Assembly (NCBI RefSeq): GCF_009914755.1
Contig: NC_060925.1
From: the human T2T-CHM13v2.0 reference genome, Homo sapiens
Length of the DNA stretch: 64,000 nucleotides
Reading direction: 5' to 3' (one strand)
The position numbers and the translations under genes are program-made. The stretch's first letter is position 1. Each line of letters opens with the position of its first letter. Of the stretch, positions 57,399 through 64,000 are shown piece after piece. The notes under the pieces were generated by a model. It saw only the letters and a list, made by a program, of their open reading frames with translations, had not been told where the DNA came from and did not search any database.

Positions 57399-59320
57399 AT
57401 GGAATCGTCATCGAATGAATTGAATGCAATCATCGAATGGTCTCGAATGTAATCACATTCTAATGGAAAGGAATGGAATCATCGCATAGAATCGAATGGA
57501 ATTAACATTGAATGGACTCGAATGGAATCAACATCAAACGGAATCAAGCGGAATTATCGAATGGAATCGAAGAGAATCATCGAATGGTCTCGAATGGAAT
57601 CATCTTCTAATGGAAAGGAATGGAATCATCGCATAGAATCGAATGGAATTAACATTGAATGGACTCGAATGGAATCAACATCAAATGGAATCAAACGGAA
57701 TTATCGAATGAAATCGAAGAGAATCATTGAATGGACTCGAATGGAATCATCTAATGGAATGGAATGGAATAATCCACGGACTCGAATGCAATCATCATCG
57801 TATAGAATCGAATGGAATCATCGAATGGACTCGAATGGAATAACCATTGAACGGAATCGAGTGGAATCATCATCGGATGGAAACGAATGGAATCATCATC
57901 GAATGGAAATGAAAGGAGTCATCATCTAATGGAATTGCATGGAATCATCATAAAATGGAATCGAATGGAATCAACATCAAATGGAATCAAATGGAATCAT
58001 TGAACGGAATTGAATGGAATCGTCTCGAATGAATTGACTGCAATCATCGAATGGTCTCGAATGGAATCATCTTCAAATGGAATGGAATGGAATCATCGCA
58101 TAGAATCGAATGGAATTATCATCGAATGGAATCGAATGGAATCAACATCAAACGGAAAAAAACGGAATTATCAAATGGAATCGAAGAGAATCATCGAATG
58201 GACCCGAATGGAATCATCTAATGGAATGGAATGGAATAATCCATGGACTCGAATGCAATCATCATCGAATGGAATCGAATGGAATCATCGAATGGACTCG
58301 AATGGAATAATCATTGAACGGAATCGAATGGAATCATCATCGGATGGAAATGAATGGAATCATCATCGAATGGAATCGAATAGAATTATGGAATGAAATC
58401 CAGTGTGATCATCATCGAATGGACCCGAATGGAATCATCATCCAACGGAAGCTAATGGAATCAACATCGAATGAATCAAATGGAAACACCATCGAATTGA
58501 AACGAATGGAATTATCATGAAATTGAAATGGATGGACTCATCATCGAATGGATTCGAATGGAATCATCGAATAAAATTGATTGAAATCATCATCGAATGG
58601 AATCGAGTGGTATCATTGAATGGAATCGAATGGAATCAACATCAGATGGAAATGAATGGAATCGTCATAGAATGGAATCGAATGGATTCATTGAATGGAA
58701 TCAGATGGAATCATCGAATGGACTGGAATGGAATCATTGAATGGACTCGAAAGGGATCATGATTGAATGGAATTGAATGGAATCATCGAATGGTCTCGAT
58801 TGGAATCATTATCAAATGGAATCGAATGGAATCACCGAATAGAATCGAATGGAACAATCATCGAATGGACTCAAATGGAATTATCCTCAAATGGAATCGA
58901 ATGGAATTATCGAATGCAATCGAATGGAATTATCGAATGCAATCGAATAGAATCATCGAATGGACTCGAATGGAATCATCGAATGGAATGGAATGGAACA
59001 GTCAATGAACTCGAATGGAATCATCATTGAATGGAATCGAATGGAATCATCGAGTGGAATCGAATGGAATTATGATCAAATGGAATCGAATGTAATCATC
59101 ATCAAATGGAATCAAAAATAACCATCATCAATTGGTATTGAATGGAATTGTCATCAAATGGAATTCAAAGGAATCATCATCAAATGGAACCGAATGGAAT
59201 CCTCATTGAATGGAAATGAAAGGGGTCATCATCTAATGGAATCGCATGGAATCATCATCAAATGGAATCGAATAGAATCATCATCAAATGGAATCTAATG
59301 GAATCATTGAACAGAATTGA
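57399..59320 (+). repeat. 1922-bp divergent variant unit, copy 3
   Basis: Same markers. The 135-aa pseudo-ORF at 57522 is identical to the one at 7483. Confidence 0.9.
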
Positions 59321-62300
59321 ATGGAATCGTCATCGAATGAATTGAATGCAATCATCGAATGGTCTCGAATGGAATCATCTTCTAATGGAAAGGAATGGAA
59401 TCATCGCATAGAATCGAATGGGATTATCATCGAATGGAATCGAATGGTATCAACACCAAACGGAAAAAAACGGAATTATCGAATGGAATCGAAGAGAATC
59501 TTCGAACGGACCCGAATGGAATCATCTAATGGAATGGAATGGAATAATCCATGGACTCGAATGCAATCATCATCGAATGGAATCGAATGGAATCATCGAA
59601 TGGACTCGAATGGAATAATCATTGAACGGAATCGATTGGAATCATCATCGGATGGAAACGAATGGAATCATCATGGAATGGAAATGAAAGGAGTCATCAT
59701 CTAATGGAATTGCATGGAATCATCATAAAATGGAATCGAATGGAAACAACATCAAATGGAATCAAATGGAATCATTGAACGGAATTGAATGGAATCGTCA
59801 TCGAATGAATTGACTGCAATCATCCAATGGTCTCGAATGGAATCATCTTCAAATGGAATGGAATGGAATCATCGCATAGAATCGAATGGAATTATCATCG
59901 AATGGAATCGAATGGAATCAACATCCAACGGAAAAAAACGGAATTATCGAATGGAATCGAAGAGAATCATCGAATGGACCCGAATGGAATCATCTAATGG
60001 AATGGAATGGAATAATCCATGGACTCGAATGCAATCATCATCGAATGGAATCGAATGGAATCATCGAATGGACTCGAATGGAATAATCATTGAACGGAAT
60101 CGAATGGAATCATCATCGGATGGAAATGAATGGAATCATCATCGAATGGAATCGAATAGAATTATGGAATGAAATCCAGTGTGATCATCATCGAATGGAC
60201 CCGAATGGAATCATCATCCAACGGAAGCTAATGGAATCAACATCGAATGAATCAAATGGAAACACCATCGAATTGAAACGAATGGAATTACCATGAAATT
60301 GAAATGGATGGACTCATCATCGAATGGATTCGAATGGAATCATCGAATAAAATTGATTGAAATCATCATCGAATGGAATCGAATGGTATCATTGAATGGA
60401 ATCGAATGGAATCATCATCAGATGGAAATGAATGGAATCGTCATAGAATGGAATCGAATGGATTCATTGAATGGAATCAGATGGAATCATCGAATGGACT
60501 GGAATGGAATCATTGAATGGACTCGAAAGGGATCATTATTGAATGGAATTGAATGGAATCATCGAATGGTCTCGATTGGAATCATTATCAAACGGAATCG
60601 AATGGAATCACCGAATAGAATCGAATGGAACAATCATCGAATGGACTCAAATGGAATTATCCTCCAATGGAATCGAATGGAATTATCGAATGCAATCGAA
60701 TGGAATTATCGAATGCAATCGAATAGAATCATCGAATGGACTCGAATGGAATCATCGAATGGATTGATGGAACAGTCAATGAACTCGAATGGAATCATCA
60801 TTGAATGGAATCGAATGGAATCATCGAGTGGAATCGAAAGGAATTATGACCAAATGGAATCGAATGTAATCATCATCAAATGGAATCCAAAATAACCATC
60901 ATCAATTGGTATTGAATGGAATTGTCATCAAATGGAATTCAAAGGAATCATCATCAAATGGAACCGAATGGAATCCTCATTGAATGGAAATGAAAGGGGT
61001 CATCATCTAATGGAATCGCATGGAATCATCATCAAATGGAATCGAATGGAATCATCATCAAATGGAATCAAATGGAATCATTGAACAGAATTGAATGGAA
61101 TGGTCATCGAATGAGTTGAATGCAATCATCGAATGGTCTCGAATGGAATCATCTTCTAATGGAAAGGAATGGAATCATCGCATAGAATCGAATGGAATTA
61201 TCATCGAATGGAATCGAATGGTATCAACACCAAACGGAAAGAAACGGAATTATCGAATGGAATCGAAGAGAATCTTCGAACGGACCCGAATGGAATCATC
61301 TAATGGAATGGAATGGAATAATCCATGGACTCGAATGCAATCATCATCGAATGGAATCGAATGGAATCATCGAATGGACTCGAATGGAATAATCATTGAA
61401 CGGAATCCAATGGAATCATCATCGGATGGAAACGAATGGAATCATCATCGAATGGAAATGAAAGGAGTCATCATCTAATGGAATTGCATGGAATCATCAT
61501 AAAATGGAATCGAATGGAATCAACATCAAATGGAATCAAATGGAATCATTGAACGGAATTGAATGGAATCGTCATCGAATGAATTGACTGCAATCATCGA
61601 ATGGTCTCGAATGGAATCATCTTCAAATGTAATGGAATGGAATCATCGCATAGAATCGAATGGAATTATCATCGAATGGAATCGAATGGAATCAACATCA
61701 AACGGAAAAAAACGGAATTATCGAATGGAATCGAAGAGAATCATCGAATGGACCCGAATGGAATCATCTAATGGAATGGAATGGAATAATCCATGGACTC
61801 GAATGCAATCATCATCGAATGGAATCGAATGGAATCATCGAATGGACTCGAATGGAATAATCATTGAACGGAATCGAATGGAATCATCATCGGATGGAAA
61901 TGAATGGAATCATCATCGAATGGAATCAAATAGAATTATGGAATGAAATCCAGTGTGATCATCATCGAATGGACCCGAATGGAATCATCATCCAACGGAA
62001 GCTAATGGAATCAACATCGAATGAATCAAATGGAAACACCATCGAATTGAAACGAATGGAATTACCATGAAATTGAAATGGATGGACTCATCATCAAATG
62101 GATTCGAATGGAATCATCGAATAAAATTGATTGAAATCATCATCGAATGGAATCGAATGGTATCATTGAATGGAATCGAATGGAATCATCATCAGATGGA
62201 AATGAATGGAATCGTCATAGAATGGAATCGAATGGATTCATTGAATGGAATCAGATGGAATCATTGAATGGACTGGAATGGAATCATTGAATGGACTCGA

Positions 62301-62868
62301 AAGGGATCATTATTGAATGGAATTGAATGGAATCATCGAATGGTCTCGATTGGAATCATTATCAAATGGAATCGAATGGAATCACCGAATAGAATCGAAT
62401 GGAACAATCATCGAATGGACTCAAATGGAATTATCCTCCAATGGAATCGAATGGAATTATCGAATGCAATCGAATGGAATTATCGAATGCAATCGAATAG
62501 AATCATCGAATGGACTCGAATGGAATCATCGAATGGAATGATGGAACAGTCAATGAACTCGAATGGAATCATCATTGAATGGAATCGAATGGAATCATCG
62601 AGTGGAATCGAAAGGAATTATGACCAAATGGAATCGAATGTAATCATCATCAAATGGAATCCAAAATAACCATCATCAATTGGTATTGAATGGAATTGTC
62701 ATCAAATGGAATTCAAAGGAATCATCATCAAATAGAACCGCATGGAATCCTCATTGAATGGAAATGAAAGGGGTCATCATCTAATGGAATCGCATGGAAT
62801 CATCATCAAATGGAATCGAATGGAATCATCATCAAATGGAATCAAATGGAATCATTGAACAGAATTGA
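59321..62868 (+). repeat. Two adjacent 1774-bp variant units sharing a 2-bp deletion
   Basis: GATGGAACAGTC instead of GGAATGGAACAGTC near 60766 and 62540, with shared ATTACCATG, GAAAGGAATTATGACC, AATCCAAAATA and ATGGTCATCGAATGAGTTG. Confidence 0.88.
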
Positions 62869-64000
62869 ATGGAATGGTCATCGAATGAGTTGAATGCAAT
62901 CATCTAATGGTCTCGAATGGAATCATCTTCTAATGGAAAGGAATGGAATCATCGCATAGAATCGAATGGAATTATCATCGAATGGAATCGAATGGTATCA
63001 ACACCAAACGGAAAAAAACGGAATTATCGAATGGAATCGAAGAGAATCTTCGAACGGACCCGAATGGAATCATCTAATGGAATGGAATGGAATAATCCAT
63101 GGACTCGAATGCAATCATCATCGAATGGAATCGAATGGAATCATCGAATGGACTCGAATGGAATAATCATTGAACGGAATCGAATGGAATCATCATCGGA
63201 TGGAAACGAATGGAATCATCATCGAATGGAAATGAAAGGAGTCATCATCTAATGGAATTGCATGGAATCATCATAAAATGGAATCGAATGGAATCAACAT
63301 CAAATGGAATCAAATGGAATCATTCAACGGAATTGAATGGAATCGTCATCGAATGAATTGAATGCAATCATCGAATGGTCTCGAATGGAATCATCTTCAA
63401 ATGGAATGGAATGGAATCATCGCATAGAATCGAATGGAATTATCATCGAATGGAATCGAATGGAATCAACATCAAACGGAAAAAAACGGAATTATCGAAT
63501 GGAATCGAAGAGAATCATCGAATGGACCCGAATGGAATCATCTAATGGAATGGAATGGAATAATCCATGGACTCGAATGCAATCATCATCGAATGGAATC
63601 GAATGGAATCATCGAATGGACTCGAATGGAATAATCATTGAACGGAATCGAATGGAATCATCATCGGATGGAAATGAAAGGAGTCATCATCTAATGGAAT
63701 TGCATGGAATCATCATAAAATGGAATCGAATGGAATCAACATCAAATGGAATCAAATGGAATCATTGAACGGAATTGAATGGAATCGTCATCGAATGAAT
63801 TGAATGCAATCATCGAATGGTCTCGAATGGAATCATCTTCAAATGGAATGGAATGGAATCATCGCATAGAATCGAATGGAATTATCATCGAATGGAATCG
63901 AATGGAATCAACATCAAACGGAAAAAAACGGAATTATCGAATGGAATCGAAGAGAATCATCGAATGGACCCGAATGGAATCATCTAATGGAATGGAATGG
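62869..64000 (+). repeat. Expanded unit with at least three subunit copies (A-B-B), truncated by the window end
   Basis: Subunit starts at 62869, 63337 (+468) and 63779 (+442). Junction GGATGGAAATGAAAGGAGTC at about 63666-63685. Confidence 0.87.

Larger units (their letters stand above)
1..64000 (+). repeat. Human satellite II (HSat2/HSATII) tandem array with 1776-bp unit, probably 1q12 pericentromeric heterochromatin (HSat2A2 / pUC1.77-type)
   Basis: Continuous diverged GGAAT/CGAAT pentamers with ATC/ATCATC interruptions and dense TCGA sites. The reverse complement is (ATTCCATTCG)n plus ATG, the HSat2 signature, unlike the long pure (GGAAT)n of HSat3. Homologous landmarks recur at 412, 2188, 3964, 5584, 7360, 9282, 11054, 12826, 14602, 16352, 18128, 19191, 20967, 22743, 24493, 26269, 28045, 29821, 31571, 33347, 35128, 36904, 38680, 40430, 41738, 43514, 45290, 47066, 48841, 50617, 51925, 53701, 55623, 57399, 59321, 61095 and 62869 (modal spacing 1776). 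The family call is firm; the chromosome is inferred from the known 1.77-kb EcoRI period. Confidence 0.96.

Noticed and set aside
412-63768. Numerous 60-200 aa ORFs (MESSSNEL..., MELSSNGIEW..., MKLKWMDSS...)
   Set aside because: They are translations of the GGAAT/CGAAT repeat (MEWNGIE-type low complexity). They overlap in several frames, recur with the DNA period, and are freely broken by indels and stops. There is no recognisable domain or sign of coding constraint.
1-64000. CRISPR-like or other repeat-spacer array
   Set aside because: There are no unique spacers: sequence between motifs is itself repeat-derived and recurs every 1776 bp. No cas or any other genes are present.
1-64000. HSat3 (DYZ1 or 9q12 type) or alpha satellite
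   Set aside because: Pure GGAAT runs never exceed about four copies, and TCGA and ATCATC are abundant, which fits HSat2. There is no 171-bp period and I noticed no CENP-B box.
1-64000. Inversions or inserted L1/Alu elements
   Set aside because: The GGAAT strand stays on + throughout, and all 36 unit intervals are accounted for by satellite-internal indels, leaving no room for foreign sequence.

Overview
The whole 64 kb is one uninterrupted, single-orientation tandem array of classical human satellite II (HSat2/HSATII), with the GGAAT-rich strand on +. I see no genes, RNA genes, transposon insertions or inversions. There are three nested periods: a 23/26-bp repeat (GAATGGAATC-GAATGGAATC-ATC[ATC]), a 468-bp internal duplication (subunits A and B), and a 1776-bp unit (A 468 + B 468 + C 840) with one EcoRI site. 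This matches the known ~1.77-kb repeat of the 1q12 pericentromeric HSat2 block (pUC1.77/D1Z1-type, HSat2A2); the chromosomal assignment is inferred from the period. There are 37 unit starts, giving 36 complete intervals: 19 are exactly 1776 bp and 17 are length variants (1063, 1308x2, 1620, 1750x4, 1772x2, 1774x2, 1775, 1781, 1922x3). All listed ORFs are translation artefacts of the repeat. I find no support for a new gene system. The points of interest are structural: a five-unit block duplicated about 46.5 kb apart, a divergent 1922-bp unit haplotype forming a local 3698-bp dimer, contractions and an expansion of the 468-bp subunit, conversion-like tracts, and gain or loss of DUX4-consensus motifs between unit variants.
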